64,000 nucleotides of DNA from Planctomycetota bacterium (GTDB lineage: Bacteria; Planctomycetota; Planctomycetia; Planctomycetales; Planctomycetaceae): the NCBI GenBank assembly GCA_031431195.1, contig JANPCU010000176.1, positions 6,131-70,130 on the forward strand, given 5' to 3'. Both the position numbers and the translations under genes were made by a program. Below, piece by piece: positions 1 through 9,457 of this stretch. The notes beneath the pieces were generated by a model that was not told where the DNA came from, made no database searches, and saw only the letters and a program-made list of their open reading frames with translations. Numbering within the stretch: position 1 is the first letter of the stretch; each line of letters starts with the position of its first letter.

Positions 1-1528
1 CGGTCCCCTCGAAACCGGCCTGCGGCGTATAGTCCAGCTGATTGAGGAGGGTGGTGGAACCTCCCAGATAGTAATCGCTGGGGTCCGAGTAGGAACCGCT
101 GGAAGAGCCGCTGCCCGATCCTGAGCCACTGCCCGTGGAAGCGGAAATGGTCGCTTGACCGTGCTGGGCACCGCTCACCGACAGCAGTTGGAACGAGTCT
201 CCCTCGGGGTCGGAGTCATTGGTCAAAACTGAGGCATGGACCACTGAGCTGCCGGAAGCTGCCAACGTGTCATTGACCGTCACGGGAGCCTGGTTGGCCT
301 CGACATGAATCGTCAGCACGTAATCGCCGGTGCTGCCCGCTGCCGCACTGCCGCTCCCATACCCGCTGATTCCGGAACCGGTGGAGTACCCGCTCGTGGA
401 GTATCCGGAGCCGCTCCCATAGCTCCCCGACGAACTGCCGGAGCCGGAGCTAGACCCGCTGGAAGAACTCGTTGATCCTGAACCACCGCTGGAACTGCCC
501 GACCCAGAACCACCCGTATTGGGGTTCGGATTGAACGCACTGTAATACTCGTTCCCGGCGCTGGAGACACCGATCCGATATGTGCCTGCGAACACGGCTC
601 GGAACTCCAACCGGCTGTCGGTTGTGGACTGGCCTGTGAGGGGGTCGATCGAGTTGGCATTCGATTGCACCTCGATCCCCCACGCATCGAACAGCCGCAA
701 GTGGCTGTCCAGATCACCCGGCGTGGTCACCGAGATGGAAATTTTGTCCCCAGCGGCCAGCACGACCTGATACATGTCGACTTCGGTGGCCGTCGCGATT
801 GTCGCATCGTGAGTGCGAGTGAACGTCAATGCCGCCCAATCCCCCGCAAAGCTCGGTCCCGACGACGAGTGTTCGACAGCCCGGACCGACACAGTTTGCG
901 AGCCGTAACTCAGAACGTTGCTCAGGTCTTGTTCGTAGAGACCCGTCCCCGCGACCGAACGACTCACGTCCGACACCCCGTCCCCGTTGGTGTCGAACTG
1001 GAGATCGTAGGAGGAACCGGGGTCCGCATCCGTCAGCGTGAAGCTGAGTCTCGGGTCGCTGGTGCTGAAGTCGCCCGGAGTTTCCGTGTCGTGGGTGAGT
1101 CTGAGATTCGAGATCACGGGGCGGGCGGTCACGGCAAAGCTCACGTTTTGTGTGGGCTGAATGCCGTTGGCGTTTTGGCCGGTATAGGTGAAAGCGACGT
1201 TGCCGGTGTAGCTGGGATCGACCGTGAAGATCAGCTGGTCGGTGCCCGGGCCGGTGGGGTTGTCGAGTAAACTCACCGAGCCGCCGATTGACGGTTGGCT
1301 GTAGCCGGTAATTTCCAGAGGGCTGGCTGTGCTGCTGTCATTTTTCAGGACGAGAACATGCGCCGGAACGGCAGTCATGTCATAGTCGGCTAAGCCGAAC
1401 ATCAGGATGCGTTCTTCGGGGACGAGTACACGCGTCGCGAGCCGGGGGGAAGGAGTGCGCCGCCGAGGCTTCGCGGGCTTCCAGGCGAGACGATCCAAAA
1501 ACTGCTGAAACCAGGTACGCAACGACAT
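1..1528 (-). CDS. Secreted/surface repeat protein, N-terminus complete, C-terminus runs off the window (>=509 aa). Contains a cadherin/VCBS-like VLxNDxDxxGD module, a pre-peptidase-C-terminal-like beta domain and a long Ser/Gly linker.
   Basis: Absent from the ORF track because it has no stop inside the window. Hand translation of the minus frame is open from ATG 1528 to base 2; there is an in-frame TGA at 1558-1556 and GTG 1534 is an alternative start. Sequence: MSLRTWFQQFLDRLAWKP...VLVLKNDSS...DMYQVVLAAGDKISISVTTPGDLDSHLRLFDAWG...GSGSSSGGSGSTSSSSGSSSGSGSSSGSYGSGSGYSTSGYSTGSG...VTVNDTLAASGSSVVHASVLTNDSDPEGDSFQLLSVSG. Confidence 0.7.
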   Translation of the reverse strand, partial: MSLRTWFQQFLDRLAWKPAKPRRRTPSPRLATRVLVPEERILMFGLADYDMTAVPAHVLVLKNDSSTASPLEITGYSQPSIGGSVSLLDNPTGPGTDQLIFTVDPSYTGNVAFTYTGQNANGIQPTQNVSFAVTARPVISNLRLTHDTETPGDFSTSDPRLSFTLTDADPGSSYDLQFDTNGDGVSDVSRSVAGTGLYEQDLSNVLSYGSQTVSVRAVEHSSSGPSFAGDWAALTFTRTHDATIATATEVDMYQVVLAAGDKISISVTTPGDLDSHLRLFDAWGIEVQSNANSIDPLTGQSTTDSRLEFRAVFAGTYRIGVSSAGNEYYSAFNPNPNTGGSGSGSSSGGSGSTSSSSGSSSGSGSSSGSYGSGSGYSTSGYSTGSGISGYGSGSAAAGSTGDYVLTIHVEANQAPVTVNDTLAASGSSVVHASVLTNDSDPEGDSFQLLSVSGAQHGQATISASTGSGSGSGSGSSSGSYSDPSDYYLGGSTTLLNQLDYTPQAGFEGT

Positions 1529-1855
1529 GAGCACAAATCCTTGGCCAAAGGAGCGTCAATCGAATTCGAAGAATGTGAAGTGTGGGCAGCGATGAGACGC
1601 GGCCCGCTGCGATTCCCACGTTTCGAGAGGCACCTCCGGAGGAGGCGGTGGAAACACTGGGCAAGCTGCGTGAGATGGTGCGGGTGGAACCCCCGCTCAG
1701 AATCGAAGTCGACTATGCCGGGCCGATTCGAGTCTGTCAATCCGAGGGACTCTGCTTTTTGGTGAAAATGTTCCGATTCTTCCGGTCCTGACGGCCCGGC
1801 TCATTCGATCGAGAACTGGCCGAAGTCATGACTTAACCAGGAGTTACCATTCATG

Positions 1856-3832
1856 TCAACGCACGGGGAGCAGGCCGGGGGCGGGGGCTTGGTCGTCGGT
1901 CAGGTGGGCGCGGCCGATGGACTCATTGGAGTCGAGGCTGCGGAAGTATTCGATCGGATACGGTTGAACTGCGTGGTCATAGAGGCTGATATGATGTGCG
2001 GGGAGTAAGCGGCCCGTGCGTTGCTGGAGCGTGGTCATCGCGAGTGTATATTCGGTGTAGCTCTGGAGGATATCTCGGCGGGCATCGGCTACGGCGCGCT
2101 GGGCGCGCAGAATCTCTTCGATAGACACTCGGTCGGGGGTGCTGTTCGAGAGAGCCTTCAAGGCATTCAGACGCTCCTCGGCGGTGGCGAGGCGGGCGGT
2201 ATGGACCTCGGCAGCGAGCCAGGTGCGGTCGATCTCGCGGAAGGCGGCGGCGAGTTCGTGGCTGATCTCGACCTCCTGCACGCGCAGCATGGCCTGCGAC
2301 TTGGCGAGTTGCAGTTCCAAGCCCTGGAGCCGGGTCTTGGCGAGACGTTGCCGCAGCGGGATGCTGTACTCGACCCCCAGCGTCCAGCCGGTCTGCTGAC
2401 CACTGAAGAGCGTGCCGTAGCCGCTCCCCAGACCTTTGTTGGTCACCCCGTCGTTGCGCGGTCCCAGGAGATCGTCCCCGAAACCGTTGGTGTGGTAATC
2501 GGAGACGAAATCAAGTTGCGGACGCAGCAGATTCTCCGCCGCCTGGAGTTGCAGCTGGAGGCTGCGGATGTGCCACTTTTGCTTGCGCAACTCGGGACGG
2601 GCGATCAGGGCCGTGCCCAGCGAATGGTGCCAATCGAAGGTCATGTCGGCGGTCACGGGATCGTCGATCGTTTGTAGTAACCGCCCATCGTTGACGCTCA
2701 GTCCGAGGATGCGGCGGAGTTCCGCTTCGGCGGTATACAGCTGATCGCGGGCGGCGGCGACTTGCAGGACCGATTGCTGGTACTGCTCGCGGGCGGCGGT
2801 CTCTTCGAGGGCTCCGCTGCCGAGTCCTCCGGCGGTGCGGCGGGACTGCGCGATATGCAGGGCCAGTTTCGTTTTCGCTTGCATCTCCTCTTCCAGAGCG
2901 AGCGAATGCTGGGCAATGGCCAGTTGCCAATATTGCGTTTCCACATCGCGCACGAGATTCGTGAGGGCCAGCTCGAAGTCGATGAGAGACATATCTTCGT
3001 TGATGCGGGCGATGACGATTCCCTGCGTCAGGCCGGTGATATTATTCGCGTTCCCCGAGATCGGTCCGGCGATCCGCGTATAATCGATTCCAGCTCCCGC
3101 CATCAGGGGCTGACGGAATTGCAGACCGAGGTTGCCGTCATAGGCCGAGGTAAACAGCCGCTGCGTGGAATTGTTCGACCCATAATTCCATTGCTGGTTT
3201 AAGGAGACTTGACCGCCGGTGATTAAACTCTTCGTGAGTGCGGAATTCCACTGGGCGGTGTCAGAGGCCAGCGTGTCACCGGGATTCAGTCCACCGGCGA
3301 GGAAGTTGTTGTTCTGGATCTGCTCTTCGCGTCCCCATTTCATGTTGGTGCTGAACTGGGCATCGAAGTCGGAGAGGGCCGCTTCGACGCCGCGCTGACC
3401 GAAGAGGTAGCCGCGCTGCTGAATGGCGGGATCGTAGGCCGAGCGCACTCCTTCCGGGTTGGCCAGGATGGGATTGGAGGGGCTGCCCAGCTGACCCGCC
3501 GTGCGAATGACATCGCTGTTGCGGAGCGCGTACTGAACGGCATCTTCGAGCGTGATCGGCCAGGGAGCGGCGAGTTCCTCGTGCCGTAGACGCCGGGGTT
3601 CTTCGGCAAACGGCATCTCGGAGAGGAGCAACGACTCAACACTCTCGCTGGGTTCCAGCTCGATCGACTCGGCTTCGTAATACTCGGCACTCTCGTCGAC
3701 GATGGGCAGGACGGATGAGGTCCGGCAGCCGCCATTCATGGTCGCGAGGAGTCCCAGCGCAATCCACACCCCGCAGGCTCGGAATAATCCGGCCTGTCGG
3801 GGGGAGCATGGCAGGGGTTGGCGGCGGCCCAT
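1856..3832 (-). CDS. TolC-family outer membrane efflux protein (outer membrane factor)
   Basis: 658-aa ORF. N-terminal hydrophobic signal with Cys (LLATMNGGC). OEP-type opening LTLEDAVQYALRNSDVIR, two long coiled helical repeats, and a Gly/Asn/Gln-rich beta-barrel segment. Confidence 0.85.
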   Translation of the reverse strand: MGRRQPLPCSPRQAGLFRACGVWIALGLLATMNGGCRTSSVLPIVDESAEYYEAESIELEPSESVESLLLSEMPFAEEPRRLRHEELAAPWPITLEDAVQYALRNSDVIRTAGQLGSPSNPILANPEGVRSAYDPAIQQRGYLFGQRGVEAALSDFDAQFSTNMKWGREEQIQNNNFLAGGLNPGDTLASDTAQWNSALTKSLITGGQVSLNQQWNYGSNNSTQRLFTSAYDGNLGLQFRQPLMAGAGIDYTRIAGPISGNANNITGLTQGIVIARINEDMSLIDFELALTNLVRDVETQYWQLAIAQHSLALEEEMQAKTKLALHIAQSRRTAGGLGSGALEETAAREQYQQSVLQVAAARDQLYTAEAELRRILGLSVNDGRLLQTIDDPVTADMTFDWHHSLGTALIARPELRKQKWHIRSLQLQLQAAENLLRPQLDFVSDYHTNGFGDDLLGPRNDGVTNKGLGSGYGTLFSGQQTGWTLGVEYSIPLRQRLAKTRLQGLELQLAKSQAMLRVQEVEISHELAAAFREIDRTWLAAEVHTARLATAEERLNALKALSNSTPDRVSIEEILRAQRAVADARRDILQSYTEYTLAMTTLQQRTGRLLPAHHISLYDHAVQPYPIEYFRSLDSNESIGRAHLTDDQAPAPGLLPVR

Positions 3833-4045
3833 CCGTGGAACCTGACCTGTCGAAGCGGTGATACCGATTGTGCGGGCGGTCGAGAGCCTCCGGCTCTCGG
3901 GGTATCATTTCTATCGACGGTCTGACGACTGCCCGCGATGTGGAGCGGCATTCGCATACTCACCGGGAGAATCGGCACAGGCGGGCGAGCGCTCCGCTTC
4001 GAGGACTTCGCGTCGCGGCTAATCGGCAGCGCTGGAATTGCCTCG

Positions 4046-6073
4046 CTACCACCAGAGCTTGCGGCGGAGGAATTCCACAAGGTCGCCGAACAGCACATAC
4101 CCCAGGCTCTTCTGCCCGCATTCGATCTTGGCAGTGACTTCCGCTCCGATGCGGCGGTGCGGGAGGTCGTCAGGATTCAGGCGGGCATACGCTTCGACGA
4201 TCGTCCCGGCCTCTTGGGAGTGATTCGAACGTGAGGCCACTTCCGTGAGCGTTGCCGCGTAGGTCTTCTCGACAGCTGTCGCGGGGACGTACTCGACGGG
4301 GAGCGTGCCATCGGTGGACTGCTCCAGAGCGGTCAGCAGATGGCCCATCCGGTATTCGGAGACCTCCAGTTCCAGCCGCCACGGACCGGTGTCGTCCATG
4401 ACCTGCAATAGTCGTTCGCCGCGCTGGACCGGGCGGTGTTGCAGCTGCTGCTGGAGCTGGAACGTGGCGATCACTCCGTGAGCGGGGGACTTCACGGTCA
4501 GCTTCTCTCGTCGCTGCTGGAGGAGCAATAGTTCCTGTTCTGCTCCACCGAGTTCGAGGCGGGCCTGGACCAGTTCGCCCTGGAGACGCACGGCGTCCTC
4601 GGTGGCCCCGCGACGATCGGCCTCCTGAAACTGAGCGGTCAGGGAGGAAACCTGTTTGCGTTTCTCGCGGACCTTGTTGTCGACCGTCAGATGTTGGGTG
4701 TCGAGGTCGTCACTGTGCAGGATGAGTAAAACTTGCCCCTCCGTCACGCGCTGGCCACTCACAACTTGGAGTTCCTCAACATCCCCATCCCACGGGGCGA
4801 AGACATCGTGTTGCCGGGTGGGCATCGCCAGTCCCTGGGCCTCGACGCGGAAGTTCCACGGCAGCCAGGTCAGTGTCGCTCCCACGCCGCCCAGCAGTAG
4901 TAGAATCAACGCGGCCCACCAGAGCCGTCGGCCATGCAGCCAGTTCAGCATGCGACCGATCGAGCGCCACAGCGGGAGTAAAAAGATCGACTCGTGCGCC
5001 AGTGAGTTCGTCAGCGCGACGGAGACATGCTCGATCAGCAGTTCGGTCTTCGCGGACAGGCCCGGCTGCGGCTGACTGACCGCCGACTGCTCGACGATCA
5101 GTGCCCCCATCACGGCTCGCAGCTTCCGCCGAGGCCCCTCGTCGGCGCGCGGGTCGACGGTCGGTGCCGGAGCGAATAACGGAACAATCCAGACCAGTCG
5201 CATGCGACTTTCGACCAGATAATCGGACAAGGCCCGATGCAGTTCATCGGGCAGCGGGAGCAGTTCCCCTTCATAGCGCAGCGGGACACCCCCGCGCACG
5301 GTGAGCTGCGCGAGGTGTTGCATCGAGCGGACCAGATTGGCCCGGCGCTGAACTTCATCCTGGCCGCTGATGGCGATGATGCGCGTGGCCTTCCCGCGCA
5401 CGAGGGCCACGCTCAATCGATCGCAGCCGAGCAGTCGACGGCCATCGTTGACCGCCGTCAGCGCGGCCTCTTCCAGGTGGAGCGTGCGATGGAGTTCAAA
5501 CAGGAACCGGTCCCACTCTTCCCAGAACGCCGCTGTCGGGGGCGGCAGTGCATCGTCTTGATGCAGTAGTCGACTGAGGCGGTCGGCCAGTTGCTCAACG
5601 GTCGGTCGGCCTCCGGAGCGTTCCGGATCGACGGTCGGTGGGGCGAGTAATTCGATCACTCCGACGACGACGCCCGCGCGTCGCAACCCAGCCAAGTAGG
5701 CGACGTGAGGCCGAAGTCCCTGCGCGTCCTGCCGGTGGTCGGCAGTCAGTGTCTCGCCGTCTTGTAGGACGCGGCTCACGCGCTGCTGGTGGGAGGGGGT
5801 GATCTTTGTCCCGTGGATGACGAACCGGCTCAGCCCCTGCTCAGCCTCGACATGAGCCTGTCCTGCGGCATCGCTCAGCCAGCACAGACCTGCCCAGCCG
5901 GGATGCTCTTCCGTGAACTGTTCCAGCAGGACGAGAATGGCCGGGCGAGGCTGCATGTGGCGATCAAGAAAATGAGGTGCTTGTCTGTGGTGGTGAGGTC
6001 CGTTAGAACAACATCTATTGACGGGCCGACGAGTCTTGAGTTCCACAGTCAGCGGCCCGCTCTCGTTTTGCAT
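4046..6073 (-). CDS. Membrane fusion (HlyD-family) protein with N-terminal tandem GAF-like domains and one TM helix
   Basis: 675-aa ORF; ATG 5956 (MQPRPAILVLL) is a likelier start. GAF-like LLGCDRLSVALVRGKATRIIAISGQDE. TM helix WWAALILLLLGGVGATLTWLPW. The lipoyl/coiled-coil/beta-barrel HlyD pattern follows (VSGQRVTEGQVLLILHSDDLD, long coiled coil, VKSPAHGVIATF). Confidence 0.75.
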   Translation of the reverse strand: MQNESGPLTVELKTRRPVNRCCSNGPHHHRQAPHFLDRHMQPRPAILVLLEQFTEEHPGWAGLCWLSDAAGQAHVEAEQGLSRFVIHGTKITPSHQQRVSRVLQDGETLTADHRQDAQGLRPHVAYLAGLRRAGVVVGVIELLAPPTVDPERSGGRPTVEQLADRLSRLLHQDDALPPPTAAFWEEWDRFLFELHRTLHLEEAALTAVNDGRRLLGCDRLSVALVRGKATRIIAISGQDEVQRRANLVRSMQHLAQLTVRGGVPLRYEGELLPLPDELHRALSDYLVESRMRLVWIVPLFAPAPTVDPRADEGPRRKLRAVMGALIVEQSAVSQPQPGLSAKTELLIEHVSVALTNSLAHESIFLLPLWRSIGRMLNWLHGRRLWWAALILLLLGGVGATLTWLPWNFRVEAQGLAMPTRQHDVFAPWDGDVEELQVVSGQRVTEGQVLLILHSDDLDTQHLTVDNKVREKRKQVSSLTAQFQEADRRGATEDAVRLQGELVQARLELGGAEQELLLLQQRREKLTVKSPAHGVIATFQLQQQLQHRPVQRGERLLQVMDDTGPWRLELEVSEYRMGHLLTALEQSTDGTLPVEYVPATAVEKTYAATLTEVASRSNHSQEAGTIVEAYARLNPDDLPHRRIGAEVTAKIECGQKSLGYVLFGDLVEFLRRKLWW

Positions 6074-6093
6074 TCTGACGGAGAGACCGACCG

Positions 6094-7017
6094 GTGACCA
6101 GCATTCCGTCTTTCAGATTGATTGTCCTGTGTGCGGGCCTATGGGCGATCACTCTCGGCCAGCACTCGGGAGGGGAGGACAAGGTTCCTACTCGCCCTCC
6201 CGTGTTCAAGGTCGAACACTGTCGGGTTTTGTTCATCGATCGCCGAGTGATCTCTGCGGGCGGCACCGGCGTGATCGCGGAGATCGTCGACGAAGGGGCA
6301 CGAGTCAGTGCTGAAACGGTTCTGATTCAATTGCAGGACCGCGTGCCACGCGCCGCATTGGCGGCTGCGGAAGCGAAGGCCGAGAGTGATGTCGAGATCC
6401 GGCTCGCTGAGAAAGCGACCGAAGCGGCGAAACTCGATCTCGCCGCAGTGCGCGCTGCCAACGCACTGGCCCCCGAGGCGTATCCTCACGTCGAGGTCGA
6501 ACGCCTGCGGGTCAAGCAGGAACAGGCCGACCTCGAAACGGAACGGGCGCGGCAACAGCTCAAAATCGCCCAGCGCGAACGCGATCAGGCAGCTGCGGAG
6601 CTGGCTTCGACACGCATCGTGGCTCCCATCGGTGGACTGGTCACCAAACGACTGAAGGCCATTGGCGAAGGGGTCCAGCCCGCCGACCCGATCCTGGAAC
6701 TGGTCAACACCGATCGCGTCCGCATTGAAGGCTACGTCCCGCTGGAACAACTCTGGAAGCTCCAGGTCGGCCAGACGGTGCGTGTGCAACTCGATCTGGG
6801 CGGTGAACGCCCACTGCCCGTCGAACAGGAAGTCTTCACTGGCCAGCTGGGGTTCGTGGATGTCACTGTGCAGTCGGTCGCTGGAACCGCGCGCATCTGG
6901 GCGGAAGTCCCGAACCGGAAAGAGCTGCTCAAGGATGGACTCTCCGCCCGTATGACGATCGACCTGTCCGATCCCCCGCCCGTGGAACCACAAGCCCCCG
7001 TGCGTCTGAAGGAATAG
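6094..7017 (+). CDS. HlyD-family periplasmic adaptor (membrane fusion protein)
   Basis: 307 aa. N-terminal TM/signal. Biotinyl-lipoyl-like segment (GVIAEIVDEGARVSAETVLIQLQD), Ala/Glu-rich coiled coil, IVAPIGGLVTKR hairpin return and a C-terminal beta domain. Divergent from 4046..6073 across about 20 bp. Confidence 0.8.
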   Translation: MTSIPSFRLIVLCAGLWAITLGQHSGGEDKVPTRPPVFKVEHCRVLFIDRRVISAGGTGVIAEIVDEGARVSAETVLIQLQDRVPRAALAAAEAKAESDVEIRLAEKATEAAKLDLAAVRAANALAPEAYPHVEVERLRVKQEQADLETERARQQLKIAQRERDQAAAELASTRIVAPIGGLVTKRLKAIGEGVQPADPILELVNTDRVRIEGYVPLEQLWKLQVGQTVRVQLDLGGERPLPVEQEVFTGQLGFVDVTVQSVAGTARIWAEVPNRKELLKDGLSARMTIDLSDPPPVEPQAPVRLKE

Positions 7018-7029
7018 GGGAGATTTTGG

Positions 7030-7157
7030 AACACTAATCTCCGCTAATAACCACTAATAAGAACAGGGAGGATGTGGCCATGATAAATCGTCGCTAGTGG
7101 TCAAAACGCCCGCTAACTCCCTCCCCTCTGGATTAGTGTTGATCAGCGGAGATTAGT
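7030..7157. promoter_or_regulatory. Cluster of ACTAATC/GATTAGT half-sites forming two alternative inverted repeats
   Basis: AACACTAATC (7030-7039) matches GATTAGTGTT (7131-7140). ACTAATCTCCGCT (7033-7045) matches AGCGGAGATTAGT (7145-7157). Further ACTAAT/GCTAA copies sit at 7046-7058 and 7112-7117. The site lies between two adaptor genes. Confidence 0.4.
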
Positions 7158-7166
7158 ATTCCTTTG

Positions 7167-7208
7167 CCTCCTTCCTCCTTCCTCCTTCATCCTTCATCCT
7201 TCATCCTT
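7167..7208. repeat. Heptamer tandem array (CCTCCTT)x3 (CATCCTT)x3
   Basis: Read directly: cctcctt cctcctt cctcctt catcctt catcctt catcctt, followed by ctctccctcccccc and ATG 7223. Confidence 0.9.
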
Positions 7209-7222
7209 CTCTCCCTCCCCCC

Positions 7223-9448
7223 ATGCAAACCGCTCCCGCGTCCTCCATGCGTCCCTCCTCGCAGCAGCCGATCCCGCTGCGGCGGAGGCAGGATGTCGTG
7301 GTCGAGTGGATCAAGTATCGCGATGTGGCCCATGCCGTCATCAAAGACCCCTGCGGCCTGAAGTACGCCCAGCTCCAGCCCGAGCAGTATGAAATCTGGT
7401 CCCTGCTCGATGGTCAGCGGCCCCTCGAAGAACTCCGTGACCTGTTGCAGAAGTCGCACCCCAGCGTGCATCTGACGCTGCTCGATGTGCAGGCTCTGAT
7501 TCACGATCTGCATGAGAAGCAGCTGCTCGTCAGCGAGCGGCCCGGACAGGGACGGGAACTGATTCAGCAGCGCCGGACACGGAAGTGGAAGGCGTTCTGG
7601 TCGGTGGTCCGGAATCCCCTGAGCGTGCGACTCTCGGGGTGGGACCCCGACCGCACACTGACGGTTCTGCATGCCTGCTGCGGGTGGTTGTTCTCGGCAT
7701 GGGCAGTGGCTTCGGTGACGCTCATCACGGGTGGTGCCGCCCTGTTCCTGATGATGCGTGTCGAAAACATCCGCCAGCGGCTGCCGGAGTTCCAGCAGTT
7801 CTTCGCCTGGCCGAATCTGGTCTACCTGTGGCTGACGATGGGAGCCATTCGTGTCCTCCACGAGTTCGGACACGGTCTGGCCTGCAAGCATTTTGGCGGG
7901 GAGTGCCACAAGATGGGGGTGATGCTGCTGGTCTTCAGCCCCACGCTCTACTGCGATGCCTCCGATGCCGGGATGCTGCGCAACAAGTGGCAGCGGATCT
8001 TTGTCTCGGCAGCGGGGATGTATGTGGAGATCATCCTGTCGACGCTGGCGTTTGCACTCTGGTGGCATTCCCAGCCGGGACTGCTCCAGAATCTGTGCCT
8101 GAATCTCTTCTTTATTTCCACATTGACGACAGTGCTGTTTAATGCCAATCCGCTCATGCGGTTCGATGGTTATTATATTCTGCTCGACTGGTTGGAGATC
8201 CCCAACTTGCGTCCGCAGGCATCGCAAGTCTTGCAGCAGAAGTTCGCGTGGTGGTGCCTGGGGATTCAGATCCCGAAAGATCCGTTTCTCCCCACCTCCG
8301 GCTGGTTCTGGTTCATTCTGTTTACGGTGGCGTCTTTCATTTATCGCTGGATCGTGTCGTTCGGGATCATTCTGTACCTGTACACGGTGTTGCAGCCGTA
8401 CCGCTTGCAGAACATCGGAATCATGCTCGCCTGGCTCTCGGGCGGAACCGCCTTGTTCGGACTCGGTTACAGTCTCTACCAACTGCTCAAGATGCCTCGA
8501 CAAGAACCACTCAGCCGCCCGAAGATCGCTGTCAGCCTGCTGCTATTGGCCGGTCTGATCTGCGGCGGGTTGTTAGTGCCGGTCTCGTGGTACATCCACG
8601 CCCCTGTGACGATCGAGCCGGTCGGCGTAGTCCATGTCTTGAATCGCGTTCCCGGTCAACTCGTAAAGTTGCATGGTCAACCGGGCGATGAGGTGTCTGT
8701 CGGCGATCCCCTCGCCACACTCTCGTCGGTGGAACTCGACGATCGGCTGCGAGAGTTGACGCTGGAACAATCGGTCCGCGAGGTCGAGCCCGCCACCTAT
8801 CGCCAGCTCAATCAGCCGGATCAAATGGTCCTTGCGGAAGACCGACTGCGGACCGTCAGCGAACAGCTGCAAGATGCCCGGGCGCTGTGGGAGCAGACCA
8901 TCGTCCGCGCTCCGATCGCCGGGCGGATTGTGGCCGCGCGCCGCTCACAACCATCGACGGCGGACCAGGACGACGAACGTCTGCCCCGCTGGAGTGGCAC
9001 GCCCCTTCACCCGCGCAATGTCGGAGCCTACATCGAGCAGCGCACGCATCTATGCAGCATCGCCCCCAGTGACCGCTTTGAGGCGATCCTGTTGGTGGAT
9101 CAAGTCGACCGCAATGATGTGGTCATCGGGCAGACCGTGCGACTCAAGCTGGAAGAGCTGCCGCATCTCGTGCTGGAGGGCGTCGTCACGGCGGTCTCCG
9201 ATCGGCATCTGGAGTTCGCGCCGCCCGAACTCTCCAACAAGTTCCAAGGCCCCCTCGCCACCGTCAGCGACGCCGAAGGTCGCGAGCAGCTAACCCACCT
9301 CACCTACCAGGCGACCGTTCCGCTCACCGTGGATGCCGACCTGCTCCGCAGCGGTATGCGCGGCGAAGCCCGCATCATCATCGCCCAGCGCTCCGCCGGT
9401 CAGTGGATCTGGCGCTGGCTCCGCTCGACGTTCCACTTTCGGCTGTAG
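7223..9448 (+). CDS. Fusion protein: polytopic M50-type (site-2-protease-like) zinc metalloprotease plus C-terminal HlyD-type adaptor domain
   Basis: 741 aa. HExxH motif in a TM context (RVLHEFGHGLACKHFGGECHKMGVMLLVFSPTLYCD), multiple TM helices, then an HlyD-like beta/coiled-coil region (GDEVSVGDPLATLSSVELD ... IVRAPIAGRIVAAR ... VVIGQTVRLKLEELP). Confidence 0.8.
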   Translation: MQTAPASSMRPSSQQPIPLRRRQDVVVEWIKYRDVAHAVIKDPCGLKYAQLQPEQYEIWSLLDGQRPLEELRDLLQKSHPSVHLTLLDVQALIHDLHEKQLLVSERPGQGRELIQQRRTRKWKAFWSVVRNPLSVRLSGWDPDRTLTVLHACCGWLFSAWAVASVTLITGGAALFLMMRVENIRQRLPEFQQFFAWPNLVYLWLTMGAIRVLHEFGHGLACKHFGGECHKMGVMLLVFSPTLYCDASDAGMLRNKWQRIFVSAAGMYVEIILSTLAFALWWHSQPGLLQNLCLNLFFISTLTTVLFNANPLMRFDGYYILLDWLEIPNLRPQASQVLQQKFAWWCLGIQIPKDPFLPTSGWFWFILFTVASFIYRWIVSFGIILYLYTVLQPYRLQNIGIMLAWLSGGTALFGLGYSLYQLLKMPRQEPLSRPKIAVSLLLLAGLICGGLLVPVSWYIHAPVTIEPVGVVHVLNRVPGQLVKLHGQPGDEVSVGDPLATLSSVELDDRLRELTLEQSVREVEPATYRQLNQPDQMVLAEDRLRTVSEQLQDARALWEQTIVRAPIAGRIVAARRSQPSTADQDDERLPRWSGTPLHPRNVGAYIEQRTHLCSIAPSDRFEAILLVDQVDRNDVVIGQTVRLKLEELPHLVLEGVVTAVSDRHLEFAPPELSNKFQGPLATVSDAEGREQLTHLTYQATVPLTVDADLLRSGMRGEARIIIAQRSAGQWIWRWLRSTFHFRL

Positions 9449-9457
9449 GGGATGGAA

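Noticed and set aside
7187-8503. 438-aa antisense ORF opposite the M50-HlyD gene. Similar long shadow ORFs occur at 10008..10829, 11326..12324, 28673..29590, 35916..36497, 41689..43053, 53971..54963 and 62884..63894.
   Set aside because: They have Arg/Gly/Pro/His-rich, low-information composition typical of alternate frames in high-GC DNA. Each lies fully inside or opposite a gene with clear family motifs.
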